DNA of 64,000 bases from a virus. Each line of letters begins with the position of its first letter. Position 1 is the stretch's first letter. Under the pieces are notes generated by a model that saw only the letters and a list, made by a program, of their open reading frames with translations, did no database searches and was not told the DNA's origin. Both the position numbers and the translations under genes were made by a program. Positions 1 through 10,900 of this stretch are shown piece after piece. The DNA is taken from IMG/VR virus record IMGVR_UViG_3300027861_002706, positions 53,602-117,601 of that record. One strand, 5' to 3'.

Positions 1-787
1 TGACTAATAGCTTTTCTTTTATGTTATGGATTGGTACTTCCGCGGACCATGCGGTAGAACTAAGTATAGTCGTATTTCTAGTGGACCCATTTATCTCTAT
101 ACTAGAGATATCTGGAGCTTTGCTACCAGCGATCGTAGTTGTTATACCATTGACCTTTTGATCGTATCTATCTATGCTCCATGAATAATCGAATATGATT
201 GTCTTTGGTTCAAAGAACTGTACCTGAGAAGGGAATCCTCTAGATCCATTCTCCGCTACAGGTATGACTCGCCATAGATATTTATGATATTCGGCATTAA
301 CTAGTTCAATCATATCTATAAGATCTATAGTATATGAGAGCTTTTGCTTTAGTGGCGTTTCGTAGTCTATATCAGATACAACGTTAGATCCTACAACGAG
401 ATTAGTAAACTGCTTCAAGAGAGGATTCGACTTGACCTGCTGGTCAAGTATAAATGGCTCAAAGTTATCATCTAAATTTTCTTTGCCGAGATCTGGAGTT
501 ATCTCAAGTATATAACTAGATGGCATTTCTGCCTCGATAGGAACACCTTCATATCCAGTAAGATCAACTGCTCCAGTGTAGACAACTCCAGTAGTAGTCT
601 CTATCATATCGGCAAATGAACTTTGCCAGTAATATGTTAAGTCGCTATAGGATCTTGTTGCTGAGTTATAGTCGGCTGGAACTTCTGGTCTAGGTAGCAC
701 TTGGCTACCAACGCCAACATTGATGGCACCGAAAGGCTGAGTGAATCCGTCAAAAGGGGCTCCTTCTGGTACTCCGGTATGTGCCAT
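1..787 (-). CDS. Tail/baseplate-associated structural protein, partial (runs off the window edge); possible Ig/FN3-like domains
   Basis: Not in the ORF track. Manual translation from ATG at 787 (MAHTGVPEGAPFDGFTQPFG...) stays open to position 1. Starts 1 nt after the TAG of the 789-2915 gene. Beta-rich segments such as TIAGSKAPDISSIEINGSTRNTTILSSTAWSAEVPI. Confidence 0.8.
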   Translation of the reverse strand, partial: MAHTGVPEGAPFDGFTQPFGAINVGVGSQVLPRPEVPADYNSATRSYSDLTYYWQSSFADMIETTTGVVYTGAVDLTGYEGVPIEAEMPSSYILEITPDLGKENLDDNFEPFILDQQVKSNPLLKQFTNLVVGSNVVSDIDYETPLKQKLSYTIDLIDMIELVNAEYHKYLWRVIPVAENGSRGFPSQVQFFEPKTIIFDYSWSIDRYDQKVNGITTTIAGSKAPDISSIEINGSTRNTTILSSTAWSAEVPIHNIKEKLLV

Positions 788-788
788 C

Positions 789-2915
789 CTAAACCTCTAT
801 TTTAATACGGACCCAGGTGTCTGTACTAGGTACTTCGATAACAGCTGTTTTTCTATCTATGGGGGAGATAGCACCAGTGGTTATCTGAGTCACAGCTCCA
901 GGGCCATCGGCACTAGTACCGGCTGTATGGATAGTTACCTTGTAGTCCTGAGCTCTAAAGTCTCCGCCTAAATTATGATATATAGTAGGAGTAGTCGAGG
1001 CAAACTTCCTCCACGTAGAGTCATACTTACCGGCTGGCCTATAGGTAGTGAGTTGATCAAAAGTACTGCCGCCGTTATGCTCCGCTTCTGCAACTAGAAT
1101 ACTTTGGTCACTAGGAACTCCATAGTCGGATCCATACCATACTCCGTCAGATTCTAGTCCCGCAGATGCAACACTGTTCTCATTGGCTAGAGATAAGTAC
1201 TTAGTACCAGCATCAGCCGAATTGACAGAAGCAGTATCGGCATTAACATTAGACTTTACTATACCTCTGACATCGGCTACTACTGGGTTAGTAGTGCTAG
1301 CAGTAATATCAAAATCATTGCCATTGAGTGCGACAAAATCAGGATTACAGAAATATGGGTTATATATCCTATAGGACATACCAGATGCAGGCAGGGAGCT
1401 GAGTGTCCTTGACAACTGCCAGCTAGTAGTCGCACTGTTGTATGCAGCTATGGGAATCTTTTCTCCTGCGCTTGGCCCACTGCGGATATCAAATATCCAT
1501 GTGCCATCGTTGAATCTATCTGTATAGTATAGGCCACCTCCGGCAATATTAACGAGTAAAGCGTTACTGGATATCGTAGTATCTACGACTAGATCACCTG
1601 TAGTAGAGTCTTGAGTGGCAGTGCTAGCCGCCCCTCCGGTTAAAGTTCCATCCTCTGCCATTTGACCAATAGAACATATATTGACAGTATCGCCGCACCA
1701 GTCAGGTCCAGCAGGACGCATATACTTATGCCTATTGGCAATGTATGATGGATCTAATCCATCTACCAAGGAGGGGGTTGTTCCGCCATGGTTATTCAAA
1801 ATAATATCTCTATTAATAGTTACATCATGCTCAGTAGTACTACCAACCTGATCTATTCTACCGCTAACTGTTAAATCTCCAGCGATATAAACTTTATCCG
1901 CAGATCCGTTGCCGAGATATGCATCACCGTTTACTTGAAGATCTTCTTGGAAGGTATTCACTTGAATTTCAGCTTGCGAATTTATGACAGTATGACCACC
2001 TAAAGTGAATAAGTTACCTGCGATATAGGTATTACCATAAACCCTCAAAGCGTCATGGACTCCTTGATCCCTACCGGAATCATCAAGGAACAAAGCAGAG
2101 GTTACTGCCGCATCGGTAATTCCGGTAGATCTTGTAGTGCCCGTAGGAGACATACTTACGAGACCTATCATATTAAGGATATCGCCAGTATGGTCTGTTA
2201 TAGTGCCAGTCATAGGGTCAAGAGCACTACCACCCTCGAATGAGCCACAGTATACCTTGAACTCATTCGCGTTAATCTCAACTACATCATTAGAATTCCC
2301 TAAAGTGATAGTATGGCCTGGCTGCCCATCTAGAGATTTAAAAGAGATGTCTTCAGCTAATCCCTGAACATGTATTCTCTTGGGAAGTTTACTATCGATC
2401 TTAGCATTTGTGCTCTTGACTAGTACCTCTGCGGATCTTACACCTTCATTCTTTGTAGATCCTGCGCCCGCCCATATCTCTAGCTTATGCAATACATCTT
2501 GCATCTGACTTAGATATTCACCATAGTATTTATCAGGATCAGCAAGATAAGTTAGAGTAAAGTCGCTAGCAGGGAGAGCACTAAAATACACTACCCCATG
2601 ATTATAATCAGTGAGCCCCGTATCGAGTGTACCAAAGGTAGATTCTACTGTGCTTCCTAGTCGAGGCTTATGGTTCATATACAGAGCGTTATTGTTAGAT
2701 ACATCTATGTCGCCGGTTAGATGCTTCTCGTCGCTAACAGATACAGAAACTTGCTGATCGTCTGTCTTATTGACAAAGACATCATAATATGTAGGCCAGA
2801 GTATGTTTGGCGCAGCAGGATGATATGGATTATTCTGTACTAGCCTATTCAGGCTAGTATTGATAAAAGAAGTGTTCTTATCAGGCGAACTATCTGAATG
2901 AGTTGTATATGCCAT
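789..2915 (-). CDS. Tail fibre/baseplate structural protein (708 aa)
   Basis: Long ORF rich in Gly, Ser, Thr and Asp with beta-helix-like stretches (LQVNGDAYLGNGSADKVYIAGDLTVSG). Lies downstream of the baseplate genes. Confidence 0.6.
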   Translation of the reverse strand: MAYTTHSDSSPDKNTSFINTSLNRLVQNNPYHPAAPNILWPTYYDVFVNKTDDQQVSVSVSDEKHLTGDIDVSNNNALYMNHKPRLGSTVESTFGTLDTGLTDYNHGVVYFSALPASDFTLTYLADPDKYYGEYLSQMQDVLHKLEIWAGAGSTKNEGVRSAEVLVKSTNAKIDSKLPKRIHVQGLAEDISFKSLDGQPGHTITLGNSNDVVEINANEFKVYCGSFEGGSALDPMTGTITDHTGDILNMIGLVSMSPTGTTRSTGITDAAVTSALFLDDSGRDQGVHDALRVYGNTYIAGNLFTLGGHTVINSQAEIQVNTFQEDLQVNGDAYLGNGSADKVYIAGDLTVSGRIDQVGSTTEHDVTINRDIILNNHGGTTPSLVDGLDPSYIANRHKYMRPAGPDWCGDTVNICSIGQMAEDGTLTGGAASTATQDSTTGDLVVDTTISSNALLVNIAGGGLYYTDRFNDGTWIFDIRSGPSAGEKIPIAAYNSATTSWQLSRTLSSLPASGMSYRIYNPYFCNPDFVALNGNDFDITASTTNPVVADVRGIVKSNVNADTASVNSADAGTKYLSLANENSVASAGLESDGVWYGSDYGVPSDQSILVAEAEHNGGSTFDQLTTYRPAGKYDSTWRKFASTTPTIYHNLGGDFRAQDYKVTIHTAGTSADGPGAVTQITTGAISPIDRKTAVIEVPSTDTWVRIKIEV

Positions 2916-2922
2916 TTTTATC

Positions 2923-4746
2923 CTATGTCACGCAAATTTGATCGTATTTCTCTCTGGTAAAGAACTGCCCGTCGTCAGCATCTATGTAGTAGTCATACGC
3001 AAAATCGGTTTCATACTTAATTACTCCGTCATTTGTTTCTACGACAAACTTAGATCTGCTTCCATCGACTTTGCCCATCTGGCTGAACAAAACGCTCCCT
3101 GTCTCAACTCCGGTATTGAATAAGCTAGCAGTTGCATCTGGAACCTTAAAGTCTTGAATACACTCAAGATAGGTTCCCTGAAATCCCCTTTTCGAGGATA
3201 TAAACTTAAATGTATAGTATACTCTAGCACCTAGAGACTCTCTACAAAAAGCTACTAAATAGTCATGATCAATGGTGAGGGCTCGTATCGCTAAAGTATA
3301 AGTCTCTGATCCAGAATTCATGTGATCTTTTATAACAGTATACTTATTTGTATTGTCTCCGAAATAGTCTCTTTCAGCTATCGCAAAAGATCCATAGTCA
3401 TCATTGAATTGCAGAGAGCTCTTTTTTATCTTAGAGGAGTCATGCGGGTCAATACTCCATTTCATAGTAGAAGATGCTCTCTCATACTGATTTGTAGCCA
3501 GACCCATAGTATTCACAGATATGGCCGACTCTGTTGAGGGGGCTACGCTTCGCAATCTAGTTGGTATCGCATCATTGTAAAATGTATTTTCATCAGTAAC
3601 TTTGAAGATCCTAGTTTTAGGCCGTATATTATAGTATGAAGTATTTGAGTTTAAGACGACTGAAGTCTGAGTATAGTCAGAAGTATTATTGGAGTATACA
3701 TTATATGTTTCATCAGAATAAACCATAGACAGTTTTGCCCAGGGTACTGTTTCTCCATCTCTTCTTGTCCATCTCGTTGGTATTTTTCCTATTTCTAATT
3801 GAAAGCAATCGATATAAAATGAATAGTCGCTAGTATTATACCTATAGTCAGATTTAATATTGCATTTTATATAAGCAGAAGGTTTAGCCAAAGATATAGT
3901 AGTATGCACCTTTTCCCAATAAGCGATCTGACCGGTTGAGTTATCTGAGAGTATCCCTTCTTCCGTGGTGGAGGTAGGTATATCAACATATGATTGCCCA
4001 ATTGATCCATCCACATACAGTACGTCAAGTTGTAGTTGATTGCTATCAATTATATTTGTATCTATTCTACCAGAATGGTTTGGGACCATGACCATTGCGG
4101 ATAGCACTAGGTCTTGACCTTTAGGCATGCTTATAGCATACGACTGATACGCTGATGCGTACTCTCCAGATTCAACAGAAATAGCTAATGCGTTACCGGC
4201 GCTTAAACTATATTCGGAGTCTGCTTTGACTATAGCTCCAGTAGATTTATCTATTGCCCATCGACATGGTGTGTCTGGTATGGCTCTTCCTGGTATCGAG
4301 AGGTCAGAGTTGTATATAACATTCGGACTTACTTGTTCAGCTAGATCCTGACCTACCTTGGGATAGTCTTGTATAAACCCGGAATAAGCTAAATCAGATT
4401 CTACAGTATCTAGGTATTTATTTTTCTTCCCGGCAAAATGTTGTTCGGATAAATACTCAGCGCTCATAGCAAAGCCATTTATAAGTTGCTGGTAATTACT
4501 CGTATCGTTAAATCTACCTGCGTGCCAAAATGGTAAATCGTTACAGATCATTTGAGTATGGTCGGACCAATGTCCTGCTAGTTTATTAAATGAATTGCCA
4601 GTAGACGCATCAAAACTATAGCTTATATCTAATTCATTGGTCTGGACAGGTACCGGCAGATAGCTATACCTTAAAGTGAGCTCATTATACTCTACTCTGT
4701 TGTAGGCATACGTAACCTTTAGGGTTTTATAATCTGAATCTGCCAT
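2923..4746 (-). CDS. Baseplate/tail protein with carbohydrate-binding-like beta-sandwich (607 aa)
   Basis: Position after the baseplate J-like gene. Contains a CFQLEIGKIPTRW motif of the kind that ends CBM-like domains in phage tail proteins. Confidence 0.55.
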   Translation of the reverse strand: MADSDYKTLKVTYAYNRVEYNELTLRYSYLPVPVQTNELDISYSFDASTGNSFNKLAGHWSDHTQMICNDLPFWHAGRFNDTSNYQQLINGFAMSAEYLSEQHFAGKKNKYLDTVESDLAYSGFIQDYPKVGQDLAEQVSPNVIYNSDLSIPGRAIPDTPCRWAIDKSTGAIVKADSEYSLSAGNALAISVESGEYASAYQSYAISMPKGQDLVLSAMVMVPNHSGRIDTNIIDSNQLQLDVLYVDGSIGQSYVDIPTSTTEEGILSDNSTGQIAYWEKVHTTISLAKPSAYIKCNIKSDYRYNTSDYSFYIDCFQLEIGKIPTRWTRRDGETVPWAKLSMVYSDETYNVYSNNTSDYTQTSVVLNSNTSYYNIRPKTRIFKVTDENTFYNDAIPTRLRSVAPSTESAISVNTMGLATNQYERASSTMKWSIDPHDSSKIKKSSLQFNDDYGSFAIAERDYFGDNTNKYTVIKDHMNSGSETYTLAIRALTIDHDYLVAFCRESLGARVYYTFKFISSKRGFQGTYLECIQDFKVPDATASLFNTGVETGSVLFSQMGKVDGSRSKFVVETNDGVIKYETDFAYDYYIDADDGQFFTREKYDQICVT

Positions 4747-4750
4747 TCAA

Positions 4751-5227
4751 CTAGACTTCCCCAATGATGCCTATTGTAGTAGACGCGCCAACCTCTGAAG
4801 GAAGGTTAGCTGGAATAGATTGCTTGATCCAAATATGAAAATCGCCCCCAATACCAAGGCTGGCTGTGACTTCAACTGCATTTGCAAGTCCGATAGGTTC
4901 AACAAAGGTTGCGCCACTGGGCAAAGTTGTTGGCGTGCTGATTAAGTTAGATCCATCTAGAGCTATTTGAATCTGTCCAGGGTGTTTGACATTGTTTAGA
5001 AATATTTTTACGTTTTTGATTGGAGTACCCGACGTGTTCTCTACCCAAATCTTTTGATACCTTACCCGAGCATCTTGACCAATATAATCGCTAACTCCTT
5101 CTGGAAAAACATCACTAAGTGTAGCTCCTATTAGCGTACTTGTTGCTGCACCACCAACGGTATTATTGTCTGGAGGACTACTTATATTCCAACTCGCAGA
5201 CTGGTAAAAAGTTACATCAAGTGCCAT
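4751..5227 (-). CDS. Small tail/baseplate structural protein (158 aa)
   Basis: Tightly coupled ORF (TAATG overlap with the upstream gene); beta-rich sequence. Confidence 0.55.
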   Translation of the reverse strand: MALDVTFYQSASWNISSPPDNNTVGGAATSTLIGATLSDVFPEGVSDYIGQDARVRYQKIWVENTSGTPIKNVKIFLNNVKHPGQIQIALDGSNLISTPTTLPSGATFVEPIGLANAVEVTASLGIGGDFHIWIKQSIPANLPSEVGASTTIGIIGEV

Positions 5228-6366
5228 TATTGCCTCACCATTATCGGGTTAATCTCATCTTCGTCAGGAACGAAGAGCTCGTCCTCTTCTAGTCTTAGAT
5301 CTCTTATCGCCTGAACTCTCTTATTTATACAGAGAAATACAACTTCTGCACTTGAGATCGAACTATCTGCGCTAAGAACTGCCGATACAATCCGGCTCAT
5401 GCTAAGATCATCTCCTGGTCGCATGGCGCCTATTGCCGCCTCCACCTTGAACTCAGCCTGCCTAATGATAGTTTCTTTCAATGAATCATTAACTCGATTT
5501 GAAAAAGATATTTTAACTTCTATTTTTACTGGTATATAATCATATTCTCTTATATTAAAAGATATACCAAATCCTGTTGAACTTGCTAAGCTCTCGCGGA
5601 CCATAGCTAATGTTGATTGAGATACTCTATTGCCTGTGGGGAGTAGATATACATCATAGGACCCTGATCCTGAGACGCCTAACCTTAAGTCTACGCTGGC
5701 AACATCTTGAAACCTCATTAAGCCAGATATAATATTAGAAGAATTTGCACCTTCTGATGCAACTGCGGCATTCGATATTCGAGATCTAAACGAGCTATCT
5801 AACTCTCTCCCCTTGGAATAGTTTATTGCATTAGTGTTAGTTACATAAACATCAGGATTGCCTAAATCATGGACTGTAAATTCTCCGGGTCCAATGTTAA
5901 GCAGCCCATCACTAGATGTAGATACTGAAACAAATACGAATGTATCTGTATCATTAAAAGAAGTTGAGTTTGATGTTGTTAGGGAGGTTCCATCATCGAA
6001 CCGAGATATCTTTATTCCGGCAGGTATCACATTGCTGCCTAGCACGCGCTTTAATGTATTTACTCCAGTTACATAAAACTTTATAAGCTTATCACCAGCC
6101 GTCGCTTTAAAATTGCTTAAGTCTAATCTTGATACTCCAAAAATAGATCCGATGAGATCAAGGTAGTAACCAGAAGCTGTATCCAGATACGCCATACTGG
6201 AAGAGTCTGCTATCTCTCCAGATAATCTAGCCATCTGAGTATTCATAATATCAGTTATACTTCTTACGGAGCTTCCTACACCTAGGTTAGTGAACGGTGT
6301 ATTCAATGCGATAAATCTTAAACTCTCGTCTTGAAATTGACTAAATGACTTTCTCTTTTTAGGCAT
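5227..6366 (-). CDS. Baseplate J-like (T4 gp6-like) wedge protein
   Basis: YLDTASGYYLDLIGSIFGVSR and GRELDSSFRSRI motifs are typical of baseplate J proteins. Follows a gp25-like gene. Confidence 0.85.
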   Translation of the reverse strand: MPKKRKSFSQFQDESLRFIALNTPFTNLGVGSSVRSITDIMNTQMARLSGEIADSSSMAYLDTASGYYLDLIGSIFGVSRLDLSNFKATAGDKLIKFYVTGVNTLKRVLGSNVIPAGIKISRFDDGTSLTTSNSTSFNDTDTFVFVSVSTSSDGLLNIGPGEFTVHDLGNPDVYVTNTNAINYSKGRELDSSFRSRISNAAVASEGANSSNIISGLMRFQDVASVDLRLGVSGSGSYDVYLLPTGNRVSQSTLAMVRESLASSTGFGISFNIREYDYIPVKIEVKISFSNRVNDSLKETIIRQAEFKVEAAIGAMRPGDDLSMSRIVSAVLSADSSISSAEVVFLCINKRVQAIRDLRLEEDELFVPDEDEINPIMVRQ

Positions 6367-6794
6367 TATGCTACTGCTTCCAGTGTGCCATTATTAAAGT
6401 CATACTTGTATGCTAGAATTATATCTTCCGAACTAATACTTGTAATAAGCTCCATTATGGGCTCCTTGATCTTAAGTATTATAGCAATCTCATGATTACC
6501 AACAGAGACTACTTCTAGGCTATGGTTAGACCAGTTAAGAATCCCTTGATCATTTAAACGTTGACTGATATGGAGTTTTATCATATTTCTTGTATGTCCG
6601 TCATTGGGTCTCCCAATAAAACGATCTGGACTTGCTCCAAAGTTTTTATGCGGATTATAGTCAGAGTATTCTGTCAGTAAGCAAAAATTAATAGCTCTTA
6701 CGAGCGACACCGCCGAACTAGACCCCTGTAGATCGCCCGCAAATACGGACAGATCTCCATCTACTGTAGTATGTATGTCTGTCTCTGCGTACAT
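6366..6794 (-). CDS. Baseplate wedge gp25/gpW-like protein
   Basis: TTVDGDLSVFAGDL...HKNFGASPDRFIGRPN pattern, 142-aa size, and position directly before the baseplate J-like gene. Confidence 0.7.
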   Translation of the reverse strand: MYAETDIHTTVDGDLSVFAGDLQGSSSAVSLVRAINFCLLTEYSDYNPHKNFGASPDRFIGRPNDGHTRNMIKLHISQRLNDQGILNWSNHSLEVVSVGNHEIAIILKIKEPIMELITSISSEDIILAYKYDFNNGTLEAVA

Positions 6795-6800
6795 TTGATC

Positions 6801-7235
6801 CTACTCCGGTAGAAACGAATCGTAATCGATCACTTCGTAAATATACTTAATTTCCCTCTTGTATTCATCTCTATCTAGCTCCTCTAAACCTTTTATTATC
6901 TCAGATCCTAGTGTTAATAGAAACAAGAATTCGCTGTTATCTGGCCCTAATATAGAAAAGGGGGTTAATGGAGTAGAGGGGATCTCTGATGCCCTATTAT
7001 CTATGGCATTTCCACCAAGTATAGTATTTTCTGGAGCTGCTTCACTTCTAAGAGTATCTGAATCTAGTTCAATTTCGTCCCTATTGGCAGTGATTCCACC
7101 TGCTCCTTCATCTAGCCCAGGAGTGATCTTGACTTCCCCTCTATGGGGATTCCATGTTATCGGGCCAAGATTGATGTCACCATTATTCAGAAACACCTTA
7201 GGAACTTGTATTCTCTCGGGATCTAGAGTAGACAT
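6801..7235 (-). CDS. Baseplate/spike-region protein (144 aa)
   Basis: ORF with AGAGG Shine-Dalgarno upstream, located between the hub and gp25-like genes. Confidence 0.5.
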   Translation of the reverse strand: MSTLDPERIQVPKVFLNNGDINLGPITWNPHRGEVKITPGLDEGAGGITANRDEIELDSDTLRSEAAPENTILGGNAIDNRASEIPSTPLTPFSILGPDNSEFLFLLTLGSEIIKGLEELDRDEYKREIKYIYEVIDYDSFLPE

Positions 7236-7246
7236 TTATTCCTCTT

Positions 7247-7984
7247 TTAACTACTTCGATTATTCATTGCTGGTCTTTTAACTACTTGGATAACACCTTT
7301 ATCACATCCATCGTTCAATATTGCTTGCATACCATTTTGTAAATTTTTTCCTAAGGAGTTACTATTGCTGACATCTGCCGACTTAATTTGCTCAGATACT
7401 CCGATAGGAACTATACTCGTATGTCTAATATCTCCTGGATTTTTCCATGATATATCTAGTATAGTTATATGTGAAACATCGCTAGGTGCTCCAGTTCTTG
7501 CATTAGAAATCTCTAATTTGATAATAGGACTGTTTATAGGATTAGTAAAATCTATGTGGACATCACCAAAATAGCCCTTAGGCATTTTCCTTGTATAAGC
7601 ACTAGCCCAATTAGCTATATATAAACCAATAGCCCGATCAGTAGTCTCGTCAGAAGTTTCAATAGCATCTATCTCTGTCTGAGTGAGGAAGCCAGACTTA
7701 ACGTCTGACTTTAAAAATTCTATCTGATCGTTGATGCTACCCGATAGGCTATTTAGTTTATCCATTACCTTATTATATCGAGATCGCTCCATTATGACCA
7801 CATACTGTTGTGTTCCAGTAGTTATCTCGCCTTTTATATTAATGATATCTCCTATTACGGGAGTACTTGTATCAAGATAAGGACCCCTGTAAACAATAGC
7901 GTGCTCTATAAAGCTGCTATTATGCATACTGGGGTGATTTTTGGCATACTCAACTAGTTTGTTGCCCGGTGTACTTCTCGCCAT
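7247..7984 (-). CDS. Baseplate spike/gp5-OB-like protein (245 aa)
   Basis: Directly downstream of the hub gene. The function call rests on gene order only. Confidence 0.45.
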   Translation of the reverse strand: MARSTPGNKLVEYAKNHPSMHNSSFIEHAIVYRGPYLDTSTPVIGDIINIKGEITTGTQQYVVIMERSRYNKVMDKLNSLSGSINDQIEFLKSDVKSGFLTQTEIDAIETSDETTDRAIGLYIANWASAYTRKMPKGYFGDVHIDFTNPINSPIIKLEISNARTGAPSDVSHITILDISWKNPGDIRHTSIVPIGVSEQIKSADVSNSNSLGKNLQNGMQAILNDGCDKGVIQVVKRPAMNNRSS

Positions 7985-7993
7985 CAGATTCGC

Positions 7994-10900
7994 CTACCCT
8001 TCTTCAAATTGATCGAGTATATCCGGGGCTTCTCCTTGAGAAGCGATAAAGTCAGCCCAGAGGTATCGCGCCTGCTCCATTATGTTATCTATGCCATGAG
8101 GATTGCTACTTGCGACATCGATTGCACGGAGCCCGGCAGAGAACACTGTATTATTATATCTTAAAAGTTTTATCTTGGCCGGGAGGTATACTGGTATACT
8201 CCCATCAATACGGTGAGCGCCGGCAGAGAACACGTCTCCTTCATTTGCATCTATAACCGTTTGCTGAGATATAACTGGATTCAAGTACTCATCCATAACA
8301 CTACTTCCACCTCGAAGCATCAATCGCCCATACACAACATTCAACCATATAGCTCTTGCTCCAGCGGTGATTCCTGCTCCAGCGATAGAGCCTATCGCAG
8401 CGTTTCTAGCAGATATCGCTGCGGTGTATGCCGCCGTCTCAGCAGCAGTAGCAGTAGCAGGAAGAGCCCCAGCGGCTATCAGCCTTATCTGCTCTCGTGT
8501 TAACATTGCCTCAGCTCTGGCTCCCAGGTGGCCAAAAAGGCCTGCGCCGAGGCCTTGGCTAGAGGAGGTGCCTCCACCAAATATAGCTCTACCTGCACTT
8601 ATCAGTGGATCGCTAAGGCTATAAGGTGCATAGCCACTCTCTCCTGGCTGTAATGCCATTTTTTTAAGCGGTGCTCGAGCAACACCCTCTGCGAGGCGTC
8701 TGTTTGCTCTGTTTATACGTACATTTTGTCCGTATCTGTAGCCTCTTCTAAGAACGTTTCTGAATCCGGTTGTTGCCCAATTCCGCCAAACTGCTCGTTG
8801 TGCGACTCTTGCTCCAACAACGACTCCTGCTCCAGCGAGTCGAGCGCCGCTCGTAAGTATCGTTTTAAGTGTGAACCAGACACCTGATGTTATGCCACCG
8901 GTGAATATCGAGCCAAATAACGCTGCAACAGTTATTGTGTCCATTACGCCCATAAAGGTTTTACCGTTAGCAAAAGAATACATCCATCTCTCGGCCTGGC
9001 CTGCATTATACGTTCCCAAAAAGCTATTCACTCGGGTTAGACCTACTGGAACTACAGTAGTCGTCCATCCGCTAGTAGAACTGTAGTTTTGTATAACACG
9101 TTCAGCCATTATTTCTCCATGGATATTATTGACATTATCTACAATCCTAACTGAGTCATAAGGTTTAATATTTCTACCAATCATGATTAAATTACCACGA
9201 TACATCTTTGATAAACCTTGTGCTAATCTGAAGTTATTAACTTGTAGAGCTAGATTAGGAGTAGTCGCATTTATCTCTGTAAAAGTTTCAAGGATATCTT
9301 CTGGACCAGCATATAATCCTGCATAATTCATGCCCACCGAATTTTTCCTGGGCCATATCCCAAACTCTTGGTCAGAATCTATCTGAAAAACCCCTGCTGA
9401 CTTATTGATTCCACCTTCTTCTATGCCATAGTTAGTTGGCCCCCAATCACCCCACCCCGCTGTTTCATTAACAGTATTAATGGGTACTCTCAAGGAAACT
9501 GCACTCCACATATCGGACTGTGTCGCAACTACATTATTTGCTATTAGGTCATGATCAGAAGAGACTACATGGTGATCCCTAAATAGTTTATGAGTAAACG
9601 GTAGCATCTCGCTAGTATCGTCTTTGCTATTCATTATATCTTGCAGGACATCATTGTCTCTTTCTTCGCCATCTAATCCGATAGGGTTGAGTAGCTTGGT
9701 TGCCAGCTGAAGAGCTTGTTTGTATTCCATCAATGTTTTTACTATATAATCAACTGCAAGACTGTTGCCTGCTGCGGGATTCCTTGCAAAAGAAGTAGAG
9801 AGCTCTTCTCTCTTCGACATAAGATTTTTAAAGATCGAGATTTTCCTATCGGTACGAGAAGTATCCATAAATGTTGATGTCAGGAAGGGAACAATAGCTA
9901 TTTGTTCCGTAGAGTTGACTTGCCAACTAGCATCGAGGTTTACCTCGACGGCAGCTCCTTCCTCTTTGCTCGTTGACTTAAATAATCCAAAGTCCGACTC
10001 GTTGCTAATCAACAATGGCCAAAAATCTAATCTCTGCCCCGCGTGGTGGACTGCATTTCCGCTAATCGTAGTACTATTAACTTCGAGAGTGTTATTCAAT
10101 AAAGCACTAAGGCTAATGCTAGTATATAGCGGATTAGGCTTAAATGAATTTCCTCCAAAATTATATAAGGAGTTCCAGTTGGTTGTATTAAGTACATTCT
10201 TGCTGTTTAATCTGATCTTAGCTATAGCCTTAGAAGCTGTAGCTAGTTTGGTAAAGTCTGCTTCAGTTAATTTGCTCGTGTCTAAATTAAGGAATATAGC
10301 GAGCAAATTAGCATGCACGTCATCAGAAAGGTAAGGTTCATCAGAGATGGGCCTGAAGAGTGTATTCACCACTAGGTCTTCTAATTCCTTAAAGCCTCCA
10401 TCTGCTTGGGAGAATGGGGCGGTCGGATGTACAGTAACTTCTGCTCCTGCGTTATAGCTAGCTCCGTATAGCTGGTATGCGTTTGTGTGAATATCAGATT
10501 TTTCAACAGCGGCGATTTCACCAAGCTTAATTCTATTATATCTAGTTATTCTTTTACTTATCTTATCACTTATGTGATTAATCCGATGAGCAAGAATCCT
10601 ATATTTTCCTAGTTTTCTAAAATCATTCGCTTGGGTTTTTAGAGAAGTTTGAGCATTGTAACGGGCGACATATTCGCTCTCTTCTTTTGTGGCCTCTCTG
10701 TACTGATATGGACCACAGGGATCACCAACGAATAGCGTGGCGTCTCCTTCGTAAGGAACAACGGTGGCTATAAAATTAGGCATATATCTTACAACTTCTC
10801 TTATCCCATCTATCGCCGGAGCATTGGTAATAAGCCACTCGTTTGCTACCTCGGTACTAGTTATTTCAGCATAATTTCCTACACAGTTATACACATTTCT